Source: an uncultured Armatimonadia bacterium
Lineage (GTDB): Bacteria; Armatimonadota; Zipacnadia; CAVVLO01
Direction: 5' to 3'
Assembly: GCA_963749155.1 (NCBI GenBank)
Contig: CAVVLO010000001.1
Coordinates: 320,001-384,000, forward strand
DNA length: 64,000 nt
The position numbers and the translations under genes are program-made. Under the pieces are notes generated by a model. The model made no database searches. It was given only the letters and a program-made list of their open reading frames with translations, and was not told where the DNA came from. Positions 28,122-40,100 of the stretch are shown piece by piece. The first letter of the stretch is position 1; every line of letters begins with the position of its first letter.

Positions 28122-29030
28122 ATGGCTTCAATCTCCAAGCGCCCCGGTTTACTCGTTCTCGGCTTCCTTGCTGTGTTTCTTCTACTAGGCCTTTGCCTTG
28201 CCGGTTGCGGTGGAGGCAGTTCGTCTCCCGACTTGCTCAGTATGATTGCCTTCACCAGTAATCGCGGAGGTTATAGCATCTACGTGATGACTAGTGATGG
28301 CACTAATCCAGATCAACTGACCGGCGATCTTGCTGCAGAGAATTACCCCAGCTGGTCGCCTGACGGCAGCAGGCTTGCTTTCAGCTGCAACCTCCCTGGG
28401 AACGATGAAATTTACCTTATGAACGTCGATGAGACCAATCTGACACGCATCACAGATAACGCTCTGACCGACACAGAACCTGCCTGGTCACCTGATGGAA
28501 CTAAAATTGCCTTCCGGCGATACCAGGATGGCAATAACGATATCTATGTGATGGATATCAATGGGTCGAACGAGACACGCCTTACCGACAATCCGGCACA
28601 GGACACTTCTCCCTGTTGGTCGGCCGATGGTAGCAAAATTGCCTTTATGAGCGAGCGCGATGTCAACCGTAATATCTATGTGATGGACGCTGATGGATCG
28701 AACGAGACCCGGCTTACAGATAGCAGCTTTGAGGATATCTCGCCAGCCTGGTCTCCCGACGGCGCCCAGATTGCTTTCTCAAGCAATCGCGACGGCAACT
28801 ACGAGATCTATGTTATGGATGCCAATGGCACCAATATTCAGCGAATTACCAACAATGCGGCCGAAGACAACCTGCCCAGTTGGTCACCCGATGGTAGTCA
28901 ATTGTGCTTTGTGACTTTCCGCGATAGCAACTGGGAGGTATACTCGATGGACGTGGATGGCTCCAATCAGGTGAACCTAACTAATAGCGCCACCTACGAC
29001 GGAGAACCAGCCTGGAGTCCAGCCCTCTGA
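28122..29030 (+). CDS. PD40/TolB-like beta-propeller lipoprotein, copy 3
   Basis: First 44 aa identical to copy 2; six PD40 repeats; ends WSPAL. Confidence 0.92.
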   Translation: MASISKRPGLLVLGFLAVFLLLGLCLAGCGGGSSSPDLLSMIAFTSNRGGYSIYVMTSDGTNPDQLTGDLAAENYPSWSPDGSRLAFSCNLPGNDEIYLMNVDETNLTRITDNALTDTEPAWSPDGTKIAFRRYQDGNNDIYVMDINGSNETRLTDNPAQDTSPCWSADGSKIAFMSERDVNRNIYVMDADGSNETRLTDSSFEDISPAWSPDGAQIAFSSNRDGNYEIYVMDANGTNIQRITNNAAEDNLPSWSPDGSQLCFVTFRDSNWEVYSMDVDGSNQVNLTNSATYDGEPAWSPAL

Positions 29031-29081
29031 TATCTGCACCTTGAGGGGGGCGGGCGCCGCTCGCCCCCTCTTCTCCTCCTC

Positions 29082-29107
29082 GCAGGAAGCCGCCTTGCTT
29101 TGCTGAA
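29082..29107 (+). promoter_or_regulatory. sigmaH-like promoter motif GCAGGA-N15-CTGAA(T)
   Basis: Motif copy upstream of GTG 29144, heading the 29144-35150 operon. Confidence 0.55.
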
Positions 29108-29143
29108 TCCTTTCGGCAGTAAGTCTTGCGGGAGGCGACCCCT

Positions 29144-31430
29144 GTGCGCATCTCACTAACGATTCTGATAATCATCTCATCTTCAATCCTGGCCTTCACT
29201 CCTGCTTTCGCCCAGGAGGGCCCCGCCGACTGGCAAGAGGGCTATCAGCGCCTCTCGGCGCTCGGTTCGGGTTTCCTGGTCTGGGAATCGAGCCGGTCAG
29301 GTGACTGGCGAATCTGGCGGATGGAACTCGACGGTACAGGCCTCCGCCAGCTCTCCCCGGATGAGCCTGGTCGCGACCACTATTGCCCCCACCTCTCGCC
29401 CGACGGCACCAGGCTGGTGTATCAGAGCTTCCCCAAGGACCTCAACACTTACGGCGAATATAAGACTGGCGAGCAGATCCCCCTCCACCTGCTGAGTAGC
29501 GATGGCAAGTGGGATCGCATCCTTGCGGAGGACTCCCGCGCGTATGGAGAAGACCGGTGCGCTGTCTGGCTGGACGACGTGAATCTCATCTACCTCGATG
29601 GCACCCGGGTCACTCGCCGCCTCAATGTCGAGACCGGCGAGTGCGTCGAACTCGCCCGCTACTCAGCCGATAACGCCTCTCTTCTCCGCACCGCCGGCTG
29701 GCTCATCAATCCCACCCTCACCTGGGCGACGACCGGTTCGCCCTGTTTTGCGCCGTATGATGCCCTGACCGGTCAGGTCACGCCTCGCCAGTGGCAGGCC
29801 GGTTGCCAGCCTTACCTGACTCGCGATGGGAAGTGGGGCTTCTGGATGCACAAGGCCGGCGGGCCAGTGGGGAAGCTAAGCCTGGTGGACGGGGAGATTG
29901 GGGAGATTATTGGAGAGAGCGACGCTCGACTGCCCGCCGACCGCCGCTATGTGTTCTTCCCGATGATCTCTGCGGATATGAGGCTCTTCGCCTTCGCCGC
30001 CTCGAAGGGGCAGTATGATCATTTTTACACCGACTATGAGGTGTTTGTCGCGCAGCTCAATCCCGAGACGCTGGAGCTCGTGGGCGACCCGGTGCGGTAC
30101 ACCTTCGATCCAGGCTGTGACCGCTTTCCCGATGTGCATCTCGAGGCGCCGGAGCCGGACACTCGCTCCGATCTGACCGCACCCGAGGTCCGTCGCGCGT
30201 GGGCACAGGACGACCACACCCTCATCGTCACCTTCAGTGAACCCGTCTACACCGGCAAGCTGAAGGTCAGCCTGAAACCCAGCCTCGGCCTCGCCTCAGT
30301 CGAGCTGACAGGCGAGGCGATGCGCCTGGTGCTGAAGCTGAAGCAGCAACTTACCGGTCCGGTGAAGTTAACTCTCGACAAGGTGACCGACCTCGCTCAG
30401 CGCCCAAACAAGCTCGCGAAGACCACTCTCGAGGTTGCTCCTGTGGTCTGGCCGACGTCTGCCGAGGGTCTGGTCTATCTCTTCGAGACAGGTGCTACCC
30501 CTAATCTGGTCACCGATGAAGCCACGGGGCAGCAAGTCTCCTATCCTCTGAAGCCCAGCGGCCTGGCGCGACTCGATCACAACTGGTGGCTGCTCTGCAC
30601 GAGAGGCGCCTGGCAGGTTGAGGGTGTTGGAGAACGGCTGGTCGAAGCCTGCAAGGCCAGCAATCAGCTGACTCTCGAAGCCGTGCTGACGCCGGAGAAT
30701 GCCACCCAGGGTGGCCCAGCGCCCATCATCACTCTGGCGGGGGAGGACGGGAAGCCAGTTTTCACGCTCGGGCAGGAAGGCGACTCGCTTGGGCTGCGCT
30801 TGCGCACCGAGGGAGGAGCCCGGCCCCGCTGTACCCTTTGCAAAGCTGAGCGCCGGGGGCCTTGCCCATGTGGTCATCACCTATCAACCAGGGCGACTTG
30901 CAGCTTTCGTTAACGGCGCCAGGGTTCTGGACGTAGACGACCTTGAGGGCGGCTTTGCGGACTGGACACCAGCCGACTTGAAGTTTGGCGGTGGCTGGAT
31001 GGGCGCCGCGAGCCACCTGGCCCTCTACTCGCGCGCCTTGTCCGATGAGGAGGCCCTGCGAGAGAGCAGCTATCTGCCGCCCAAAGCCGAGGTGGCCGCT
31101 TCCACCGTGCGCGTAAGACTGCTTGGCCGCGCCGAGATGCCGACCCTTCAGACCATCCTGCCCTACCGCGTTGCGCTAGTGGAGGGCGACTTCGAAGTTG
31201 TGGAGACCCTTTCCGGTCCGCCTCTTTCCGGTAAACTGCGCATCGCCCAGTGGGCTCTGCTTGATGGCATCCAGCTTGCGCCGATGCCGGTCGCCCCTGG
31301 CGAGCTCGCTGTCCTCACCCTGGAGCCCTTCGAGGCCAATCCGCAACTCGAAAGTGTGTTCCAGGCGGACAGGCTTGAAGGCGATTGGGATCTACCGCAG
31401 TATTATGATGTGAATCCAAACCAGCTATAA
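29144..31430 (+). CDS. Secreted multidomain protein: TolB-like propeller, Ig-like domain, LamG/ConA-like domain (frameshift near 30820-30830)
   Basis: Signal peptide ending AFA-Q; VWESSRSGDWRIWRMELDGTG, PHLSPDGTRLVY; LIVTFSEPV; LTLEAVL; after the shift HVVITY...FVNG...LALYSRALSDEE. Confidence 0.75.
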
Positions 31431-31446
31431 GTGAGGGGTCTTCCCT

Positions 31447-32831
31447 ATGCCAGCGCGACCGAAACTCGCTTTCTGCCCCATCGGCAAGTTCGTCTTCAGC
31501 CACGAAGATGCTCTGCGTTACAAGCGCTTGCTTGAAGCAAAGCTTGGCGCCTGGGACGTGGACTTCGTCGGGCTGGACGGCGTCATCCCCGATGGGCTGA
31601 TCCGCTCTCACGACCATGTAGAAGCCGCCGTGCGCCACTTCGCCGGGCAGGGGGTGGATGCGCTCTTCCTGCCCCACTGCAATTTCGGCACCGAGGGCGC
31701 CGCTGCCCTCATCGCGCGAGATTTGGGCGTGCCCACGCTGCTCTGGGGCCCTCGCGATGAAGCTCCCCTGGCCGACGGCACGCGCCTGCGCGACAGCCTG
31801 TGCGGGCTGTTCGCCACCAGCAAGGTGCTGGGCAAGCTGGGGGTGCCTTTCTCCTATATCGAGAACTGCCGCCTGGAGGAGCCTGCCTTCGAAGAGGGCT
31901 TCAAACGCTTTATGGCCGCCGCCAACGTCGTGAAGCGCTTCAGGCGGATGCGAATCGGTCAGGTCGGCCAGCGGATAGACTTCTTCTGGACCACCATCGT
32001 GAACGAATCCGAGCTGCTGGAGCGTTATCAGATCGAGGTGCTGCCGCTCGATATGGTCGAATTCATCGAGGCGACGCGCCAGCTCGTGCGCGATCGTCAC
32101 GCCCAATACGAGCCGAGCTTGCCGGACTGCGACAGCGTTTCAGCTTCGAGGGTTATAAGGACGATGAGCCTCTGCTCAACCTGCTGGGCGCGCGCGACAG
32201 GTTGCTCGAGCTCGTCGAGGAGAAGCGCCTGGACGCCCTCTCGGTGCAGTCTTTTATGTCCATCTGCGATGCCCTTGGGGGCCTGGTGGAGTTCGCTTGC
32301 GCCCTCGTCGCCGATGCGGGGGTGCCACTTGCTTGCGAGAGCGACCTCCACGGGGCAATCAGCGCGGTGATGCTCTCGGCGGCCACGCTCGAGACGGAGC
32401 CCATCTTCTTCGCCGATCTCACCATCCGCCATCCCGAGGACGACAACGGCATCCTGCTATGGCATTGCGGCTTCCCTCCGAGCCTGGCAGGAGAAGGCTG
32501 CAGGCCGCGCGTGGGCGACCATTGGATCCTCCCCGGCGAGCTTACCGGTTCTTGCCACTGGCGGCTGAAGGAAGGCCCTATCACCGTCTTCCGCTTCGAT
32601 GGCGACCGGGGGCAGTATTCCGCCATTGCGGGGCAGGGAGAGAGCCGGACGGGGCCTGAGACCCTCAATACTTATGTCTGGATGCAGGTCGCCGACTGGC
32701 CCACCTGGGAGCGCGCCTTCATCTACGGGCCGTATATCCACCACGTCGCCGCCTGTTATGGGCAGCGCGCCGCAGTGCTGAAGGAAGCCGCCCGCTACAT
32801 CCCCGGCCTTGCTTTTGAGGAGTTGCCCTGA
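31447..32831 (+). CDS. L-fucose/L-arabinose isomerase family protein (frameshift near 32110)
   Basis: LPHCNFGTE, LWGPRDE..L.DG.RLRDSLCG, CESDLHGAIS, ADLTIRHP, LWHCG, GPYIHH. Confidence 0.85.
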
Positions 32832-35150
32832 TGCCCGACCCTGGCGCGCACCTGTGGTATGACAGGCCTGCGGGCCCCTTCACCGAGGCGCTGCCAGTTG
32901 GCAATGGCCGGCTGGGCGCTCTGGTTTTTGGGGGGATCACCCACGACAAGCTGGTGCTGAACGAGCAGTCGCTCTGGTCAGGCTCACCGCAGGACGCCGA
33001 CCGCCACGACGCCCACGAGGCGCTGGAGGAGCTCCGCTATCTGCTGCTCGCGGGCAAGCCCGTCGAGGCGCAGGCGCTGGTGATGGAACGCTTCATCTGC
33101 GCGGGCGCAGGCAGCGGACAGGGGCAGGGCAAATCGGTGCCTTTCGGCTGCTATCAGACCCTCGGCGCGCTCGAGACTGGACTGGCAACTGCCCGAGGGA
33201 GAGCCTAAGAATTATGTCCGGACGCTCGACCTCGAGACTGCCATCGCGACCACGAGTTTCACGCTGGAAGGCGTACTGTACCGGCGGCAGGTGTTCGCAA
33301 GTGCGCCTGCTGAAGCTTTAATCGTTCACCTCCTGGCCGACCGGCCGGGCAAGCTGACCTTCACCGCGCGGCTCTCCCGGCCCGAACGCGCCTCCGTGGA
33401 GGCCGTCTCCGCCACGGAATTGCTAATGACCGGCCAACTTGAGAGTGGTTCTGAGGCGCCTGGGATGCGTTTCGCCGCGCGCCTTGAGGCAGTTGTCGAG
33501 GGCGGCAAGGTGGAAGCGATCGATGGAGCGCTTTCCATCAGGGGCGCTGACGAGGTGTTGCTCTTTATCACCGCCGCGACTGACTATCAAGGCTTCGCCG
33601 GACGCCGCACCCTCGATCCGGTCGCCGCGAGCCTGGCCGATATTGAAGCCGCCGCTTCCCAGTCCTGGCGAGCGCTGCTCTCCGCGCATCTGGCCGACCA
33701 TCGGCGCTGGTTTGACCGCTGCAAGCTGGACCTGCCAGAAGGCCCCTCTTCCCACCTGCCTACCGACCAGCGGCTTGCGGCTTTCGCCAAAGGCGAGGCC
33801 GATCCGGCGCTTGCGGCCCTCTACTTTGCCTATGGCCGCTATCTCCTGATCGGCAGCTCTCGCCCAGGTGGCCTGCCCGCCAACCTGCAAGGGCTTTGGG
33901 CTGAGGAATTGCAGACGCCCTGGAACAGCGATTACCACCTCAACATCAATGTCCAGATGAATTACTGGCCCGCCGAGGTCACCGGCCTGTCCGAGCTTGT
34001 CGAACCCCTGGTTGCGCTGACCGAGTCGCTGGTCGAACCAGGTGGTCGCACGGCGCGCCACTATTATGATGCTCCTGGCTGGGTCGCGCATACGGTGACC
34101 AATGTTTGGGGGTTCACCTCACCCGGCGAAAGCGCCCACTGGGGCGCGACGCTGACCTGTGGCATCTGGCTGTGCGAGCATCTCTTCGACCACTATGCCT
34201 TCACGGGCGACCGCACCTATCTGGCACGTGTATGGCCCGTGCTGAGAGGCGCGGCCGAGTTCGCCCTGGCCATCCTGGTAGAAGAACCCTCTCACGGCTG
34301 GCTTGTAACCGCCCCGTCCAACTCGCCCGAGAACAGCTACCGGCTGCCTGACGACCACGTGGTGTCGCTTGCCCTCGGCCCGACGATGGATATGCAGCTA
34401 CTCCGCGAGTTATTTTCCAACTGTATCGAGACCTGCCGCGTGCTGGGAGTGGACGGCGATTTCTCGCGCAAGCTGGAAGCCGCCCGGGCGCGCCTTGCGC
34501 CCAACCAGATCGGCAAGCATGGCCAGTTGCAGGAATGGCTTCAGGACTGGGAGGAAGTGGAGCTTCAACATCGCCATACCTCCCACCTTTACGGTCTTTA
34601 TCCGGCCTCCGAGATAACCCCAGAGGGCACTCCGGAGCTTGCCGAAGCCGCCAAAGTGACGCTGGCGAGGCGCGGAGATGTCGGTACCGGCTGGTCTCTG
34701 GCCTGGAAGGTCGCCTTCTGGGCGCGCCTCCTGGATGGCGACCATGCACTGAGGCTCCTCGCCCAACTGCTGCGGCCGGCTGGCGGAGGCGTGGACTATG
34801 CTGGCAACGGCTCCGGCACTTATCCCAACCTGTTCTGCGCTCATCCGCCTTTCCAGATGGACGGCAACTTCGGGGGCTCGGCAGCCATCGCAGAGCTGCT
34901 GCTCCAGAGCCACGCTGGAGAGCTTCACCTGCTGCCGGCCCTGCCCGCGGCCTGGCCGGAAGGGCGCGTGAAGGGCCTTCGCGCGCGCGGCGGCTTCCAG
35001 GTGGACCTCGCCTGGGAGGAGGGACGACTGACCGAGGCCGTAGTTCGTTCGACCCTCGGAGGGCGCTGCGTGGTGCGGTATGGTACGACTCGGCAAGAAC
35101 TCGCCACCGAGCCAGGCGGCGTCTATCACCTCGGCCCGCCGCGCCCTTAG
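32831..35150 (+). CDS. GH95 alpha-L-fucosidase (frameshift near 33175)
   Basis: [96 protein letters not shown]. Confidence 0.95.
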
Positions 35151-37088
35151 GGGAACATATTAAGCGTCTGCAGTCCTGTGACGATGCCGAAAAGGTTCCA
35201 CCAGGTGGCCATCAGGAACTCTCCGAGCACCAGCCCGAGGAAGAAAGGCAAGGCCGTGCGGTAGAGGCGCAGGCCTCCGTAGCGCATTATAAGCAGCTTC
35301 GCGAGCCAGGCGATGAAGAAGGACACCCACAGCAGGTTGGTAGACCAGTTGCCCGCCAGCGCAAAGCCCACCGGGTGGAAGGGGAACCACATCAGTCGCA
35401 TACGCAGGGTGTTGAGCAACAGCGTCAGCCCCAGCCCGCCCCCAGCAGCCCAGGCGGCGCGTATTTCCGGCTGGCCTGTCCCGCGCAGGAAAGACTCCAG
35501 CCTGGCCCAGGGCTCCATACCGAACCAGCGCGGGCTCTGCATCTTCGCAAGTGCCCCAAACTGATACGCCGCGTGAAGCTCTGCCCACAGGCCCGACAGG
35601 AAGCCGACCCCGAGCGCCAGCATCATCGCCCAGGCAAGCTTCCGATAGCCGAAATGACCGCGCTCGGCCAGCTTGAAGCCTTCCAGCTGCAGAGGCATCG
35701 GGTGCGAGCGATACGAGCGGTTGTACCACCAGTTCAGGGTCATCCCAATGAGGTTCTCCCTGCCCAGCCTGTGCGGCCCGATAAACTTCGGTAGCAGACT
35801 GTCAGGCCCCACCAGGTAGAAATCCTGCACCGGCGGGCCAAGTTCGGCTCTCATCCGCGCCTGCGCGATGGCCAGTGCGATATAGATGGCGAGGAAGGCC
35901 ACCGTGAGCCAGTTGGCCATCCCCACGAAACGCCCGAAAGCGAACAGGATTATCAACCCGCCCAGCGCCCCGAAGGCCGCTACGCGATACGGCAGCGGTT
36001 CTCGTTCATCGTCAAGCTTCTCGCCGCGCTTTGTGATGGAAGAGAGCAACCCCAGCAGGTTGCGCCTGCCTGTCCACACCGCAAAGACGAAAAGCCCAAT
36101 CAACGCGCCAAAGGACTGCTCCGCCGGCCAGGGGTAGCCTGGTGTCTGGCTCCACCCGACCAGCGCGCCGAAGACCAGTTGGGCCTTCAGCAGCAGGTAG
36201 AAGAACCACGCCGAGAAGGACAGCTCCACCGGAAGCAGTACGCCAAGGCCTACCGCGAAGGGATACAGGCGCAGCGGAAACCACCCGACCGCGTTCCAGG
36301 GCGGCACTACAAGGTAGGTCTGCAGGTCGATGGCCTTCAAGTTGAGACTCGGCACCGCCGGATAAAGTGTAGTCAATCCGGCCAGTATGTCCTGCGAGGC
36401 CGCAAGCGCCAGGCCAATCCACAGCAGCCTGTTGCGGAAGAAACGCCCCGGATTGGAGGTTAGCTCCAGCGGCAGCAAGGTGAGCGGGTAGGTCAACCGC
36501 TCGCGCTCTGTCCACTGCTTGCGCAGCAGCGTGGTGAAGCAGAGCAGCACGAACGTCAGTACGAGGAAGAAGCGCCATCCAGGCAAGCCCTGGCACCAGC
36601 CAGGCCTTCACCACCGGCCAGGTGTAGAAGGTCGTTGCTCCCTCGAAGAAGCCCTTCACCGCCTCCGGCTGACGCACGGTCAGCCAGGTGGGCAGCCGGT
36701 CTATGAACAACTCGTCCCACTGGTTTTCGGCGGTCGCAAAGCGGAAGGGGTAGACGATTACTGGTACCAGAATCTGCAGCATATCGTGGCTTGGCGCCAC
36801 CGAGACAAGCTCTGCCATTATGTATATGGTGAGCAACTCGGCCTGCGTAAGGGCCTTGCTCGGTAGCCAGCGCTTAAGTGGCGCATTCAGGACGAGTAGT
36901 ACGAGCAGTAAGGTGATGGCATTGTAGAAAAGCGCAAGGCAGGTCGGGTGGCCTGTGTATTTCACGCTCTCGGCCAGATACAGCCAGTAGGAGTTGAAAG
37001 GCGCAAACAGCAGCGCAATAAAGACCGCGCGCAGCGTAACGCCGCGCGCAAGGGACTTGCCAACTGAAGAGTATTCCGCCTGTTGCAT
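35147..37088 (-). CDS. Polytopic membrane protein, DUF6785/DUF6784 type, putative transporter (frameshift near 36570-36590)
   Basis: [71 protein letters not shown]...PFFLGL; many TM segments. Confidence 0.8.
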
Positions 37089-37100
37089 TACCAGGAAGAG

Positions 37101-37156
37101 TTCGCCCTCCCCAACCCGGGTTCCTGCGGGGCAGGGGCTTGCGCTTCAACACTGAA
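37101..37156. promoter_or_regulatory. Back-to-back sigmaH-like promoters: GCAGGA-N16-GCGAA (-, 37101-37127) and GCAGGG-N15-CTGAA (+, 37131-37156)
   Basis: Two motif copies in the short divergent gap between the DUF6785 and GH106 genes. Confidence 0.6.
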
Positions 37157-37190
37157 CTAGACCCTCACTGTTTCCTGGGGAGGACTTGAT

Positions 37191-40100
37191 ATGAGCAGAC
37201 TTGCGCTGATTGTACTGGCAACGATTGCCCTGTTTAGCTGTTTGACGCCACTTTGGGCCGCTGGCGAGTTGGCTGCCGGCTTCAACACTCCGCCCGACTG
37301 GTCAAGGCCCTGGGTTTACTGGTTCTGGCTGAACGGCAACATAACGCGCGAGGGCATCACCCTCGACCTCGAAGCGATGGCGCGCCAGGGCATTGGCGGC
37401 GTGCTTATTATGGAAGTGGACCAGGGCGCCCCGGTAGGCCCGGTCGACTTTGCCAGCGACGAGTGGCGCGACCTGTTCAAGTTTGTCTGCAGCGAAGCCG
37501 ACCGGCTTGGCCTTGAGGTTAATATGAACAGCGACGCCGGCTGGAATGGCTCCGGCGGGCCGTGGATCACCCCAGCCCTCGCGATGCAAAAGGTGACCTG
37601 GAGCGAGACCCCTGTCACCGGCCCCTCCTTCTTCGATGCCGACCTGCCCCAGCCGGCGACGGTTTGGGATTATTACCAGGACATCGCCGTGCTGGCTGTG
37701 CCAGCTACCGACTGGCGCATCCCTGACATACTGGCAAAGCGGCCTTCCGTCGGCAGGATTTCGGCAACCAGGCTAGCTATGGAGAGGCTCCCGAAGGCCA
37801 GAGCGTCCCGCGCGAACAGGTACTTGATATTACGTCCTCCATCGTTGCCCCAGGCCACCTGCACTGGGATGTACCTGAGGGCAAGTGGACGATCCTGCGC
37901 TTCGGTTTCACGCCAACCGGCGCGGTCAATGGTCCCGCCCCCGCCTCGGGTACTGGCCCTGAGCCTGACAAGCTGAGCAAGGCCGGTGCAAAGGCCGCAA
38001 TTGACGGCTTCATCGGCAAGCTGGCCGACCGATAATGCGTCTCTGACCGGCAAGAGCTTCGTCCGCACCCATATTGATAGCTGGGAGAACGGCTCACAAA
38101 ACTGGACTCCCTTGATGCCGCAGGAGTTCGAGGCTCTGCGCGGCTACGACCTGAAGCCCTTCCTGCCCGTCTTCACTGGCCGCGTCGTGGACAGCCTGGA
38201 GATCTCAGAGCGTTTCCTTTGGGATCTCCGCCAGACCGTCTCCGACCTGCTGCTCGAAAATCACGCCGGCGAGATGGCCCGCCTGGCCGCTCAGCACGGG
38301 ATGGGCCTCTCAATCGAGGCTTACGGCGACACGACAGTGGATAACCTCGCCTACGCGGGCCGCGCGGACGAGCCGATGGGCGAGTTCTGGTCCTGGCCGT
38401 CCTTCGGCGCGGAGGGTACGCTGACCGAGATGGCCTCGGCGGCCCATCTCTACGGGCGCCCGATCGTCGGCGCAGAAGCCTTTACCGCCGGCGATGGCGA
38501 GAAATGGCTCTACGATCCCGCCTACATCAAGTCGATGGGCGACCGCGCCTACTGCCTGGGCATCAACCGGTTCGTCTTCCACCGGTATGCTATGCAGCCG
38601 TGGACCGATCGCCGTCCTGGGATGACGATGGGCCCCTGGGGCCTGCATTGGGAGCGCACCCAGACCTGGTGGGAAGAGTCCGGCGCTTATCATCAGTATC
38701 TGGCCAGGTGCCAGTTCCTCCTGCAACAAGGGAAACCTGTTGTAGACCTGCTCTATCTGGCGCCTGAAGGCGCCCCGCGCGACTACAATGTGCCTCCTTC
38801 ACTCGAAGCCACTGGTTATAAGGGCGATGCCTGCCCCACCGAGATAGTCCTGGAGCGACTTTCGGTTAAGGATGGCCTGCTGGTGACACCCGAGGGGATG
38901 AGCTACCGCGCCCTCGTGCTGCCTGGCTCGCCCACGATGACGCCAGAGCTGCTGGCGAAGCTCTCCTGGCTCGCTCGGTCCGGCGCAACGATCATCGGCC
39001 CGGCGCCGGAGAAGGCTTGCGGCCTTACCGGCTATCCCGAAGCTGATGCCGAGGTCGCCCAGGCTGCCGCGAAGCTGTGGGAGAGCGGCCGTATACTGCC
39101 ACCGCAGGAGCCAACCGAGTGGCTGGCCAAGCGCGGCATCGCGCCCGACTTCACCTCGGACCGTAACCTCGCCTTCGTCCACCATCAGATTGGCGACCTG
39201 GACCTTTACTTCGTCTCCAATCCCTTCAAGCACGCGGTCAACGCCACTTGCATCTTCCGGATGAAGGACAAGCACATCGAGTTGTGGGATCCCGAAACCG
39301 GGCAGATTTCGCCAGTCGCCTCCTGCCAGCCTTATGGCGACCAGACGCTGCTGCCGCTGCGTTTGGAGCAGTCCCAGGCTGTGTTCGTCGTCTTCAGGCC
39401 GGGCAAGCCCACCACTCCAGTGGTTTCCTACATCACGGAGGCAGGCGCGCATATATGGCCGGCCGAGACCGCCCAGTCTCCGGTGACTATCCTTCGCGCC
39501 ATCTGGGGCCCCAGGCGTTCCAGAGATGTCACAGGCTATGTACAGCGCATCGTGGACAGCGGCCGCACCAGCTTCCCCGTGTTGGAGCTGCTTGGGGCTG
39601 GCGATCCCGCGCCTCAGATCGTGAAGACGCTTACCGTGGATTATGAAGTCGAGGGCAAGCAGCTCTCGGCAGCCGCCAAGGATGGGGAGACTATAACCCT
39701 TCAGGCGCCGAGCGGCGCCAAGGTCGCCATCACGCGCGCCACCTGGGGCCCGACCGGCGATGAAGAGCGCTTCAAGGACGTCACCGAGCAGGTGCAGCAA
39801 CTGCTGGACAGCGGGCGCAAGAGTTTCGTTGTGGCCGAACTCGCCAGTAAGGGCGATCCCGCTCCCAACATCGTGAAGACGCTGGATGTCGAGTATGAGA
39901 GCGAAGGCCAGCAATACCAGGTCTCTGCCACCGATTCGGAATCTATCTACTTCCAGTTGCAAGAGGATGAGCAGCCCCGCCTGATGCCCTTCCGCGATGC
40001 CGGAGGCGCGTTGAAGCTCGAGGTCAGCCAGGCCGGCGAATATGAAGTCGTCCTGAGTGACGGCTCCTCGCGCGCCTTCACCGGAGGCGCTCCGCGTAAA

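Larger units (their letters stand above)
25823..29073 (+). repeat. Tandem array of three ~1.06-1.10 kb units delimited by four copies of hairpin GAGGGGGGCGGGCGCCGCTCGCCCC (starts 25823, 26920, 27985, 29043)
   Basis: The outer copies are identical over 31 bp (25823-25853 and 29043-29073). Junctions 26899-27186 and 27964-28253 are near-identical. The hairpin has a 12-bp stem with one bulge and follows each stop codon, like a terminator. Confidence 0.95.

Noticed and set aside
25962..29030. Diversity-generating retroelement TR/VR pair
   Set aside because: No reverse transcriptase in the window, and differences between copies are not confined to adenines.
27055..29030. Calling the PD40 genes tolB
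   Set aside because: They lack the TolB N-terminal alpha/beta domain, are lipoproteins, and have no tolQRA or pal neighbours.
25823..29073. Four palindromic 25-31 bp repeats as a CRISPR array
   Set aside because: The intervals are about 1.05 kb and each holds a gene; no cas genes are present.
25815..29075. Classical integron cassette array
   Set aside because: No intI, no consistent RYYYAAC...GTTRRRY ends, the hairpin is shorter than attC sites, and each unit has its own promoter motif.
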